The position numbers were made by a program, and so were the translations under genes. From assembly GCA_040880105.1 (NCBI GenBank), contig JBBDJA010000007.1, positions 1 to 39,636 of the forward strand: a stretch of DNA of 39,636 nucleotides. Reading direction: 5' to 3'. Every line of letters starts with the position of its first letter. Position 1 is the first letter of the stretch. Shown here piece by piece: positions 19,205 through 27,328 of this stretch. Under the pieces are notes generated by a model. That model worked only from the letters and a program-made list of their open reading frames with translations, was not told the DNA's origin and made no database searches. This DNA comes from Waddliaceae bacterium (GTDB taxonomy: Bacteria > Chlamydiota > Chlamydiia > Chlamydiales > SLOH01).

Positions 19205-20282
19205 CTATGACCTCATTCAGCTGGTCGATAAGCGACTTTGGAACTTCATTGTAAACATTTTCAATCAGCGACTCTATCGGAGGCTTTGGAGTGTTTTTAG
19301 CGCTCTCTATTCCTTTCTCAACCACCTTTATCAAACGGCTTTTTAGGGCTTTTTCTTTTTTTTCGTCCCATAGCTTCTTTTTTTCCAGATAGAGCCGAAG
19401 ACGTAAAAGAGGATCTTTTTTTTCCCACTTTTCAAGCTCTCCTTTAGGACGATAACGCGTCGGATCATCAGAGGTTGAGTGGGCACCTCTTCGATAGGTC
19501 ATTGCCTCAATAAAAACCGGCCCCTCACCTTTAAGGCAGAGCTCTTTTGCCTTTGCGACTGTTTCGTGAATTGCAAAAAAATCATTCCCATCCACCCGAA
19601 ATGTAGTGACTCCATGACCTAAACCCTCGGGCGCAATGCCATCTGTTACAAATTGTTTACTGGCAGGTGTTGAGATTGCATATCCGTTGTTGCGGCAAAA
19701 GAATATTGCGGGCGCTTTCCGCACCGCTGCAAACCTCAATCCGACATGAAAATCCCCCTCCGACGTTGCCCCCTCTCCGAAAAAGCAAAGCGCAACCGCT
19801 TTTTCCTTTAATACCTTCATCGCATAGGCGCAGCCGGCTGTATGCGGAATTTTTGTTCCAATCGGTGATGAGACAGTCACAACATTTATCTCTCGACTAC
19901 CAAAGTGATTTGGCATCTGCCTGCCAAGCGTCAAATCTTTTGCATTTCCGAACATCTGGTGCACATAATCTTCAGCTGTAAACCCCCTCCAAAACATCAC
20001 ACCGGACTCTCTATATTGCGGATAGATCCAATCGGAAACCTCAAGTGCTGCAGCAGTTGCAACCGCGCACGCCTCTTCTCCAAGAGAACTAAGGGCAAAG
20101 CTGATCGTTCCCTGCCTCTGCAAGGTAATCATTCTCTCATCAATTAAACGCGTTAGCGCCATCGTTTGATATCCTTTAATTAAGACAGCGTCATCAATCA
20201 CATGGTGACATTTTGACGAAAGAGCGCCCTTTTCATTTAGATATTTGAGAGTCGGAAAATGAATAGAATCCATATCAAACAT
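19197..20282 (-). CDS. bkdA1: Branched-chain 2-oxoacid dehydrogenase E1 alpha
   Basis: GRQMPNHFG, TPP motif GEGATSEGDFH..RNNGYAISTP, HSTSDDPTRYR. Confidence 0.9.
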   Translation of the reverse strand: MFDMDSIHFPTLKYLNEKGALSSKCHHVIDDAVLIKGYQTMALTRLIDERMITLQRQGTISFALSSLGEEACAVATAAALEVSDWIYPQYRESGVMFWRGFTAEDYVHQMFGNAKDLTLGRQMPNHFGSREINVVTVSSPIGTKIPHTAGCAYAMKVLKEKAVALCFFGEGATSEGDFHVGLRFAAVRKAPAIFFCRNNGYAISTPASKQFVTDGIAPEGLGHGVTTFRVDGNDFFAIHETVAKAKELCLKGEGPVFIEAMTYRRGAHSTSDDPTRYRPKGELEKWEKKDPLLRLRLYLEKKKLWDEKKEKALKSRLIKVVEKGIESAKNTPKPPIESLIENVYNEVPKSLIDQLNEVIDG

Positions 20283-20396
20283 TTACTTGATACAGAATTA
20301 TTCCTCAATGAATGTGTAAAAAAAACAGCATATCCCACTAAACCCTACTCAACAAACCATTTCTTTGTGTATTATCCAAAAAAAAGGCACGGTTTT

Positions 20397-20801
20397 ATGT
20401 ACACAGCAAAAAACAAAGTGCGTATGCACGACACCGATATGGCAGGGATCCTCTACTTTCCCAACCAATTTCGATTCGCGCATGACACTTTAGAAGACTT
20501 CATGGAAGACGAGGGATATCCATTCAACGATCTTTTTCATAAATTTAACTTTGTTTTTGTAATTGTTCACTGTTCAGCTGACTATAAAGCCTCCCTCTCT
20601 GTTGGAGACATCTTAACCATCCATCTTGCAGTTGAACATGTCGGCAAGTCCTCCTTTTCCTTCTTTTACAAGATCTATCGCGAAGAAGAACTTGTTGGCA
20701 CAGTCAAAACAGTACATGTGACTTTAGACCAAAACAGTAGAAAGAAAATTCCCATACCCGAAGAATTAAGAGTGATACTGAAGAAACATGAATGTTGTTA
20801 A
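20397..20801 (+). CDS. Acyl-CoA thioesterase (4HBT/YbgC hotdog family)
   Basis: VRMHDTDMAGILYF motif; likely start MYTAK at 20397. Confidence 0.88.
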   Translation: MYTAKNKVRMHDTDMAGILYFPNQFRFAHDTLEDFMEDEGYPFNDLFHKFNFVFVIVHCSADYKASLSVGDILTIHLAVEHVGKSSFSFFYKIYREEELVGTVKTVHVTLDQNSRKKIPIPEELRVILKKHECC

Positions 20802-20865
20802 TCATAATGATTAAAACAAGATCAGATAATTCAATATTATTTAATTAACATATTCATCCTCTTCA

Positions 20866-21029
20866 GGAACTTCTGAATAAGCCAGATTAGTTAAATTCCG
20901 TATGAATTTTTTTCTAAAATTCGAAACAACAATCGATCTTAACTATTTCATACTTAATTGAGTGCGCTCTTCTCGAACTCCCTCAAAAAAGCCACTAAAT
21001 TTAAATACCCAACGTTTTTCAGAAGTTCC
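20866..21029. mobile_element. MITE copy 5 (164 bp)
   Basis: Perfect 12-bp TIR GGAACTTCTGAA / TTCAGAAGTTCC; conserved core ATGAATTTTTTTCTAAAATTCGAAA..CAATCGATCTTAAC; flanks TTCA/TTCC. Confidence 0.88.
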
Positions 21030-21482
21030 TTCCATTATAGAACGTATTAAGTCGCACATTTTAGAGAGTATACTCTTCAAGATATAACCTGCACCGGAAA
21101 ATCACCTCTAGATTGCACCAACGTCTATAAAAGTGAATTTTTCATCCGTAATAATAATAAACCAAACGATTTCAGATTTTCGACGCATGATGCTGCGGTT
21201 TAAAAAATGGTCCTTCGAAAAAAAGAGACATTAAGAACTAGGATTATAGCTGAATTCATCCATCACTCAAACAGACATTATTCAAAGATTAATTTAGTAA
21301 AACAACAATTTAAAAACATTTAAATAAAACCACATAAATCACCCTCAAAACCATTTCTGAGAGATATCCAAACAACATGAATTGGTAAGTAGATTTTAAA
21401 TTTTGAAAATATATTTATTTAATATTAATTAATTAAACAACAAAAACACAAATCAAAACATTATTACAAACAATTATTATAA

Positions 21483-21511
21483 TTGTATTATTTTACAAAC
21501 TATGGTATAAT
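21483..21511 (+). promoter_or_regulatory. Putative sigma66/sigma70 promoter for kinase gene 1
   Basis: TTGTAT-N17-TATAAT with extended TG; the region is very AT-rich, so a chance match is possible. Confidence 0.45.
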
Positions 21512-21524
21512 TTAAATATTAAAT

Positions 21525-21684
21525 AAATTTATTAATAAGAATAGTGTATTAAAATTTTATATATAATATTAATGAAATTTGAAAATACAATCGGGTTAAT
21601 CACATGAGTGGTTAAGAAGGTAAGTATTTTTCTAATTCCATAATAAGTCCCAAAATTTGAATATCAAACTTATTTAGAAATTTC
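21525..21684. mobile_element. MITE copy 6, heavily degenerate (boundaries approximate)
   Basis: GAAATTTGAAAATACAATCGGGTTAATCACATGAGTGGTTAAG matches the core of copy 8 (GAAATTTGAAAAAACAATCGGGAATAACCACTTGATGGTTAAG). Confidence 0.55.
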
Positions 21685-21709
21685 TAAACACATAAATGGA
21701 AAAAAAGTT

Positions 21710-23431
21710 ATGAATCCAATCTCATCTTTGTTACAGCCCCATCCCTCATCTTCAGTTGTAGAGAGCATCGATTCACCAAACAAGAATAAACGAAAGTCTC
21801 CCCTAGCCAATAATTCTGTAGTTGAAAAGGTTGACCAATTATATCAAAAAAGATTGTGCCTAATAAATTCTAAAGAAACTCACGCTCTATCGAGCGATGA
21901 GGAAACAAAAGAAGGGACTGGTTCAGATACTGAAGAGTCAACGTCTTCTACTACATCGCTTTCTCCAAGAATATCACCCGAAAATGGAGTGGCAGATGGT
22001 AATGATCTCTCACCTTTAAGTGCACAACGAGCATTATTTACCCCCCTCGATACCGCTCCAGTACTACCGCAACCGCAATTCACACCTGCACGTGGAGACT
22101 CGAGAAGACCTGTAGTCTCTTCTGCTGCAGCGTACCCTCAACCCTCTCTACTTTTCAACAGCGCAAATCCCTACAATGGAGTAGGAGCTCATGACAATCT
22201 CTCACCTTTAAATACACGACGAGCATTGTTTAGACCCAGCGATCTTGAACAAGTACGACTGAACCCGCAATCCACACCCGCACGTGCCCAGAGACCAAGA
22301 CCCATAGCTTTCTCTGCTGCAGCGCTTTCTCCAAGATTATCACCCAACAATGAAGTAGCAGATCGTGACGATTTCTCACCTTTAAGTACACGACGAGCAT
22401 TATTTGCTCCCCTCGATACTGCACAAGTACGACCGCTCCCGCAATCCGCACCTGCACGTACCCAAAGGAGAAGACCCGTAGTTTCTTCTGCTGCAGCGCA
22501 CCCCCATTGGCCCCAACCTTTCAACAGTGCAACTCCCTACAAAAGAGTAGAAAACCGTAACGATTTCTCATCCTCTAGCACACAACAGATGTTATTTAGC
22601 CCCCTCGAAGAACTACCGCTCCAGCAATCGACACCTCCACGTGCCCAGAGGCAAATATCTTCAACTTCTTCTGCTGCATCATTTTCCCTAAGTGACTGTC
22701 CTTCCACGCCTCCTCGCCGAGAGTTTTTAGGTAAAGGGCTTAATCATAACGTCTATTCAAGTGGAATGAGCAGATGCGGAAAGTATGAAACAGTTGGAAA
22801 ATCCGTAATTCAAAGCAAAAATAAAAATGAAACGACTACAATACATTTTGAGTCTTTTATATCGTATATCCGCCTATTACAAAATGATGTACCTGTTGCA
22901 AAAGTATTTTCCATCCCCGCAGAACTTGAGAATTTATTAGAAAATCAAAAGGGTGCATTATACGATCAACGCATCACCGATGGAATCGTTACTGAAGCTC
23001 TTCGTGATATCAAAGCCGGAGGGAAGGAATGGATCATTGAAAAACTTGCAATTCCTGCACCGAAAGAGGAATGGGAAAACAACAATCGAGAATTCAATAC
23101 ATTGTCACCTCGTGCTCAATCCTTTTTAACGATGGCAAAAGAGTGGTTAAATAGATCTATAGCAGCTAATAAAATTCTGATTGGAGACTTTAAACCGGAT
23201 AATGTGATGATGACTGCTCAAGAAGAAATTAAAATTATTGACTACGATTTTAAGGATGCTGCTGTACTTAAAAAAGGGGTCTGTGATTTTGAATTCTTCC
23301 ACGAATTACAGCATAGTCTAAAATACTGGTCCTGCGGAAATGAAAATATTAAGAACTGGCTAATGGATGAATTTCCTGAATCTATTAGAGAGTCAATACA
23401 GCACAGAGAAGAAATAAAAAGTAGATTTTAA
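21710..23431 (+). CDS. Putative secreted effector: long Ser/Pro-rich repeat region plus C-terminal protein-kinase-like domain
   Basis: FLGKGLNHNVY (Gly loop), LIGDFKPDNVMM (catalytic loop), IKIIDY (metal-binding strand); disordered N-terminus with basic cluster NKNKRK. Confidence 0.72.
   Translation: MNPISSLLQPHPSSSVVESIDSPNKNKRKSPLANNSVVEKVDQLYQKRLCLINSKETHALSSDEETKEGTGSDTEESTSSTTSLSPRISPENGVADGNDLSPLSAQRALFTPLDTAPVLPQPQFTPARGDSRRPVVSSAAAYPQPSLLFNSANPYNGVGAHDNLSPLNTRRALFRPSDLEQVRLNPQSTPARAQRPRPIAFSAAALSPRLSPNNEVADRDDFSPLSTRRALFAPLDTAQVRPLPQSAPARTQRRRPVVSSAAAHPHWPQPFNSATPYKRVENRNDFSSSSTQQMLFSPLEELPLQQSTPPRAQRQISSTSSAASFSLSDCPSTPPRREFLGKGLNHNVYSSGMSRCGKYETVGKSVIQSKNKNETTTIHFESFISYIRLLQNDVPVAKVFSIPAELENLLENQKGALYDQRITDGIVTEALRDIKAGGKEWIIEKLAIPAPKEEWENNNREFNTLSPRAQSFLTMAKEWLNRSIAANKILIGDFKPDNVMMTAQEEIKIIDYDFKDAAVLKKGVCDFEFFHELQHSLKYWSCGNENIKNWLMDEFPESIRESIQHREEIKSRF
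21959..22680 (+). repeat. Intragenic higher-order tandem repeat (ABAB; units 192/174/192 nt, period 366 nt)
   Basis: CTCACCTTTA-like anchors at 22009, 22201, 22375 and 22567; CTTTCTCCAAGA at 21959 and 22325. Confidence 0.88.
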
Positions 23432-23438
23432 TATTCTA

Positions 23439-23539
23439 GGAACCTCTGAATATTTCAGGCCTATTAAATTTTGGAAGCTTTTTCCTGAGATTCGAGAAAA
23501 ACGCGCCAAATTTAAAAATCTGAGTTAATCAGGGGTTCC
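23439..23539. mobile_element. MITE copy 7, internally deleted (101 bp)
   Basis: GGAACCTCTGAAT ... TGAGTTAATCAGGGGTTCC ends retained; central TTAAC..GTTAA hairpin missing. Confidence 0.8.
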
Positions 23540-23547
23540 AGAATGAG

Positions 23548-23574
23548 TCGTCTTCTAAATTTAACAGAAGACGA
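23548..23574. terminator. Stem-loop between the two kinase genes
   Basis: TCGTCTTCT-N9-AGAAGACGA perfect 9-bp stem; no clear U-tract. Confidence 0.3.
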
Positions 23575-23692
23575 TATAGTCCATTCCCATTCTCACTATC
23601 ATAAAAAAGTTCACAACATTGTCAAATTATCAATATACTTTTATCATTTATAAATGGTAAAATTGAATTAATTCAAACAAAAACTACTCAAT

Positions 23693-24853
23693 ATGAACCC
23701 TTTAGAGTTACCCATACCCTATCTTTGTTTATCCCACTCTATTCCAGAGAGAAAGCTGTCATTAAACAAAAACAAAAGAGCATACTCTTCAACTAGTGAG
23801 CTGATACCGGAAAGGGTTGCTCATATTGCTCCCAAAAGATTAAAGATGAGTCCTTTGAATTTAAGTAAAATCTTAGATAGTGATAGTGAGAGAAAGGAAG
23901 ATTCGGAATTTTCGCATTCGATACTGACATCTGCACTTCCATCAGACTCACATTCGATTTCCTCTGCCGCACTACCTCCCCTGCATCCGCACCGATTAAG
24001 CCAACCAGGATTACCCTCATCGTCTATTGCCCTACCAATTCCTCCATCCTTCTCACAAATACAAGAACGCATGGCTTTTATTCCCCCAACTTTATTTGAA
24101 CTAGAAGCTTTATCTGCCACTACAGCCCACCAAAAACCTCTTCATTCCCATTCTGAAAATTATTTAGGGAGCGGACTGAATTATATCGTAGAAGCGAATG
24201 GAAAAAGTGCAGATGGAATATATGAAACAGTTAGCAAAACCGTCCGACCTGATAAGGGTCCAAATCAATTAAAAAAAATAAATAGAGAGTCCTTGCACGC
24301 ATATATCCGTCTTTTAGAAAATAATGTACCCGTTGCAAAGCTTTTTTCTGTCCCTGAGCAACTTAAAATTGAGTTACATAAAAAAGCTAAGAAAGAGGGT
24401 AAGATCAAAGATATCACAAGTATGGGTAACAACTGGGTAATTGAAAGGCTTTCAATTAACGTTCCAATAGATGATTGGAAGGAAAGCGATACACCACTCA
24501 ATGCATTATCACCTCAAGCTCAAGCCTTTTTAAAAATGGCCAAATACTGGCTAACTGCTTCTGTAAAGGAAAAACGGCTGCTGATCGGCGACTTTAAACC
24601 CGATAATGTAATGATGAGTGATCAAGGAGAAATCAAAATTGTCGACTATGCATATAACCCATTTGCTTCTTTAAATAAAAATGAGAGCGATGAGCACGAA
24701 TTTTACACGGATCTATTCAATAGTTTAAATGACTGGTCCTGTGGGAACGAAAGTATTAAGAACTGGCTGATATCCGACTTTGATGAAGCAGTTAAAGAAG
24801 GCATTAATCAATATTCAAAAATAATAACAGGGAAGAATTTTTTAAATATTTAA
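23693..24853 (+). CDS. Putative secreted effector with protein-kinase-like domain; paralogue of 21710-23431
   Basis: YLGSGLNYIV, YIRLLENNVPVAKLFSVP, LIGDFKPDNVMM, IKIVDY and WSCGNESIKNWL align with the upstream gene; Ser/Pro-rich N-terminus. Confidence 0.72.
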   Translation: MNPLELPIPYLCLSHSIPERKLSLNKNKRAYSSTSELIPERVAHIAPKRLKMSPLNLSKILDSDSERKEDSEFSHSILTSALPSDSHSISSAALPPLHPHRLSQPGLPSSSIALPIPPSFSQIQERMAFIPPTLFELEALSATTAHQKPLHSHSENYLGSGLNYIVEANGKSADGIYETVSKTVRPDKGPNQLKKINRESLHAYIRLLENNVPVAKLFSVPEQLKIELHKKAKKEGKIKDITSMGNNWVIERLSINVPIDDWKESDTPLNALSPQAQAFLKMAKYWLTASVKEKRLLIGDFKPDNVMMSDQGEIKIVDYAYNPFASLNKNESDEHEFYTDLFNSLNDWSCGNESIKNWLISDFDEAVKEGINQYSKIITGKNFLNI

Positions 24854-24886
24854 AAAATGAGCAGTTGTAGTCGAGAATCGCGGACT

Positions 24887-25447
24887 CTAAAAATGACAGG
24901 AAGCGGACTTCGTCAAAAGAACTTTTCTTTTCTCCTTCGCCTTAAATTCCTCATCAGTTTTCTTGATCATTTGAATCATACTCAAAAGAATCTCAATGTC
25001 ATCTTCGATTAAGTCGTATCCTTTTGCATATCGACGGGGGGTGTATGTGTAGCTATCTTTAACTTTCTCTACTTCAACATAAAGTCTATTGAGTTCCTTT
25101 AAAAAATCCTGAACCTCTAGATGACTAAGCGAATTGAGCATTTGTTTGTCCCAATTGGCACACTGAGCAATCACATGTTGCATTTTTGCCCAGGAATAGG
25201 CAACTTTCTGTGCTGTCTTTGTATTCAACAAACGTCGCTCAATACCCCACCTATTCAACTGCACTATTCTCTTATTCATAGAATGACGAGTATGTTTATC
25301 TGCAATTTCAATAAAAACACTTGGGAGTGAATACTCAAAATAAAAACAGATGCTCTCATCTACAACTACAACTGTGCGGGATTCTACTTTTTCAGCAAAA
25401 TGCACATGTTTTTCTTCCTTACTACTGACCAAAGCAGGAATACTCAT
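24887..25447 (-). CDS. Hypothetical helical protein with N-terminal RVxF-like motif
   Basis: ATG 25447 overlaps the TGA of the MBL gene (ATGA); KHVHFAEKV near the N-terminus. Confidence 0.6.
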   Translation of the reverse strand: MSIPALVSSKEEKHVHFAEKVESRTVVVVDESICFYFEYSLPSVFIEIADKHTRHSMNKRIVQLNRWGIERRLLNTKTAQKVAYSWAKMQHVIAQCANWDKQMLNSLSHLEVQDFLKELNRLYVEVEKVKDSYTYTPRRYAKGYDLIEDDIEILLSMIQMIKKTDEEFKAKEKRKVLLTKSASCHF

Positions 25448-26253
25448 ATTACCTCGCACGGGGATGCATGCCACCTTCCCCTTTCATTTTTATTAAGCTT
25501 TGCAAATGCCACTTTTGGATCGTGGGTAAAAAAAATCATTTGACCTTCTTTGTAAAGAGCAAATTTTTCATCCACTTTTTTTTCCGAAAATCGATCGTAC
25601 CCCATCGTAATCGGAAGATGAACCCATGAACGTCCGGGGATAAGGTCTGAGGCAAATAGCAAGGGACCGATTGAAGGAAGCATCATCGCGCGGGTATGGC
25701 CATCGGAATAAGTAAAGTCCAGATCAATACCTAGCGCAGGAACTTCCCCCTTTTTAAGTAGCTGTAGTTGCCCTGACTTAACCAATGTCTCTTGTATTTT
25801 TGGGATAAACGAAGCTCTTTCTCGAGGGTGCGGCGATTTTGCATACTCAAAATGCTCCTGACTCACATAGATCGTTGCATTTGGAAATACAATGCGCTCC
25901 TTTTCCCCGAAGACCGGTAAGATGCCTCCGGCGTGATCAAAGTGCAGATGTGAAAGAATAACAGCATCGATCTTTTCAGGTTTAAGGCCGAGATTATCAA
26001 GTAGCACATGATTGCTCTCAATACAGAAGCGCTCTTTCATTTTCGGATCAAAAAACGCTCCCGTTCCCGCTTCAAAGAGAATATTTTTTTCACCTGTTTG
26101 TACAAGCAAGCAGCGGCATGCAAGTTCAATGCGGTTCTGACTATCAGGTTTCTCCCATTTGGACCAAACCGATTTTGGCGCATTGCCAAACATCGACCCT
26201 CCATCGAGTGAGATTCGATTGCCCTCTATCGCCTTAAACTTCACTTTTTCCAT
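25444..26253 (-). CDS. Metallo-beta-lactamase fold hydrolase (YtnP-like)
   Basis: LDGGSMFG, SHLHFDHAGG, GHT, MGYD, THDP. Confidence 0.9.
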   Translation of the reverse strand: MEKVKFKAIEGNRISLDGGSMFGNAPKSVWSKWEKPDSQNRIELACRCLLVQTGEKNILFEAGTGAFFDPKMKERFCIESNHVLLDNLGLKPEKIDAVILSHLHFDHAGGILPVFGEKERIVFPNATIYVSQEHFEYAKSPHPRERASFIPKIQETLVKSGQLQLLKKGEVPALGIDLDFTYSDGHTRAMMLPSIGPLLFASDLIPGRSWVHLPITMGYDRFSEKKVDEKFALYKEGQMIFFTHDPKVAFAKLNKNERGRWHASPCEVI

Positions 26254-27005
26254 ACTGGGGGGCGTCCCTCTAAAAATGCCTGGATCCCCTCTTGCGCCTC
26301 ATCTGAGTAGCGGACCTCGCGATGCTGTTCAAGGGCCACATCCATATCCCTCGGGATACTTGACGGGTCAAGCGAGTGCATCAATCGTTTAGTGACCGTT
26401 GTCGCATGATGAGGAAGACTTAACAGCTGATCTACTAGTTGTTTAAGTTTGCTTTCCATTTCCCCTGACTTAACAACCTGATTGACAAGTCCGACCTCTT
26501 TAGCTTCGACTGGATCTATGATATTTCCAAGCAGAAGCAGTTCGCGCATTTTACGCAAAGGAACTTGGCGCTTTATCACTGTCATGATAAGTGCGGCAAC
26601 AAGTCCGCGTGTAATCTCTGGAAATCCAATCTTTGCTTGCTCCTCAATGAGCACAAAGTCGCAAGCTGCCATCAAACCGGCTCCACCGCCAATGGCTGCA
26701 CCATGGACAGTTGCAATGGTCACTGGATTAAGACGCCACATTGTCTGTAGCAATCTAGCAATGAGTCCCGCTGATTTATCGGCATTAGAGTGATCTAACG
26801 CCTCTTTGAGGTCTAGGCCTGCACAAAACAGCTCCTGCGATCCCTTAAGGATAATCACGCGGCACGTCTCATCTTCATTTAGAGCATCGATCTTGTCACA
26901 TAAGGCGCTCACCATTTCGATATTTAGCGCATTGCGTTTTTCAGGGCGATTGAGTGTAAGTGACACAACGCCGGGCATGACTCTGTTTTCAATTATCGTA
27001 GACAT
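26241..27005 (-). CDS. Enoyl-CoA hydratase (methylglutaconyl-CoA hydratase-like, LiuC/AtuE-like)
   Basis: LNRPEKRNAL, FCAGLDL, VHGAAIGGGAGLMAACD, EAQEGIQAFLEGRPPVW; context next to a carboxyltransferase. Confidence 0.85.
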   Translation of the reverse strand: MSTIIENRVMPGVVSLTLNRPEKRNALNIEMVSALCDKIDALNEDETCRVIILKGSQELFCAGLDLKEALDHSNADKSAGLIARLLQTMWRLNPVTIATVHGAAIGGGAGLMAACDFVLIEEQAKIGFPEITRGLVAALIMTVIKRQVPLRKMRELLLLGNIIDPVEAKEVGLVNQVVKSGEMESKLKQLVDQLLSLPHHATTVTKRLMHSLDPSSIPRDMDVALEQHREVRYSDEAQEGIQAFLEGRPPVWKK

Positions 27006-27328
27006 AAGCTTAGTTTCTCTTCCGGTATAGGGAGTTCAATTTCTAAAAGCGCTTGTCCAATCGCCTTGCCCTGTGAATCTGTTCTCAGCGAATCTAAGAC
27101 ATTGTAAAGAACAAAATTAAAGGCATTTAAATTAGGTAGTTCAAATCGAACTGTTTTCTCCGGACTCAAAGCTTCAAAGTATAAGTGGACCTTTTTTTCC
27201 GTTAATTTTTCTTTTAGAAACTGATACCCCACATCCGTGTAGGCAAATATTGCAATATTTGCATTTACACCTTTGTCTCCGCTTCTTGCAAAGGCAATTT
27301 GGCGTAAGCGTATAGATTCTGTAATCAT
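26993..27328 (-). CDS. AtuA-related small protein (stand-alone AtuA C-terminal domain)
   Basis: LRQIAFARSGDKG..ANI, VRFELPNLNAFNFVL, LRTDSQGK; start MITES coupled to the upstream stop. Confidence 0.85.
   Translation of the reverse strand: MITESIRLRQIAFARSGDKGVNANIAIFAYTDVGYQFLKEKLTEKKVHLYFEALSPEKTVRFELPNLNAFNFVLYNVLDSLRTDSQGKAIGQALLEIELPIPEEKLSLCLR

Noticed and set aside
21030..21480. Possible small gene or pseudogene in the long intergenic region
   Set aside because: Only very short ORFs found and no recognisable protein motif
21880..22524. Minus-strand repetitive ORFs
   Set aside because: Antisense shadows of the kinase repeat region
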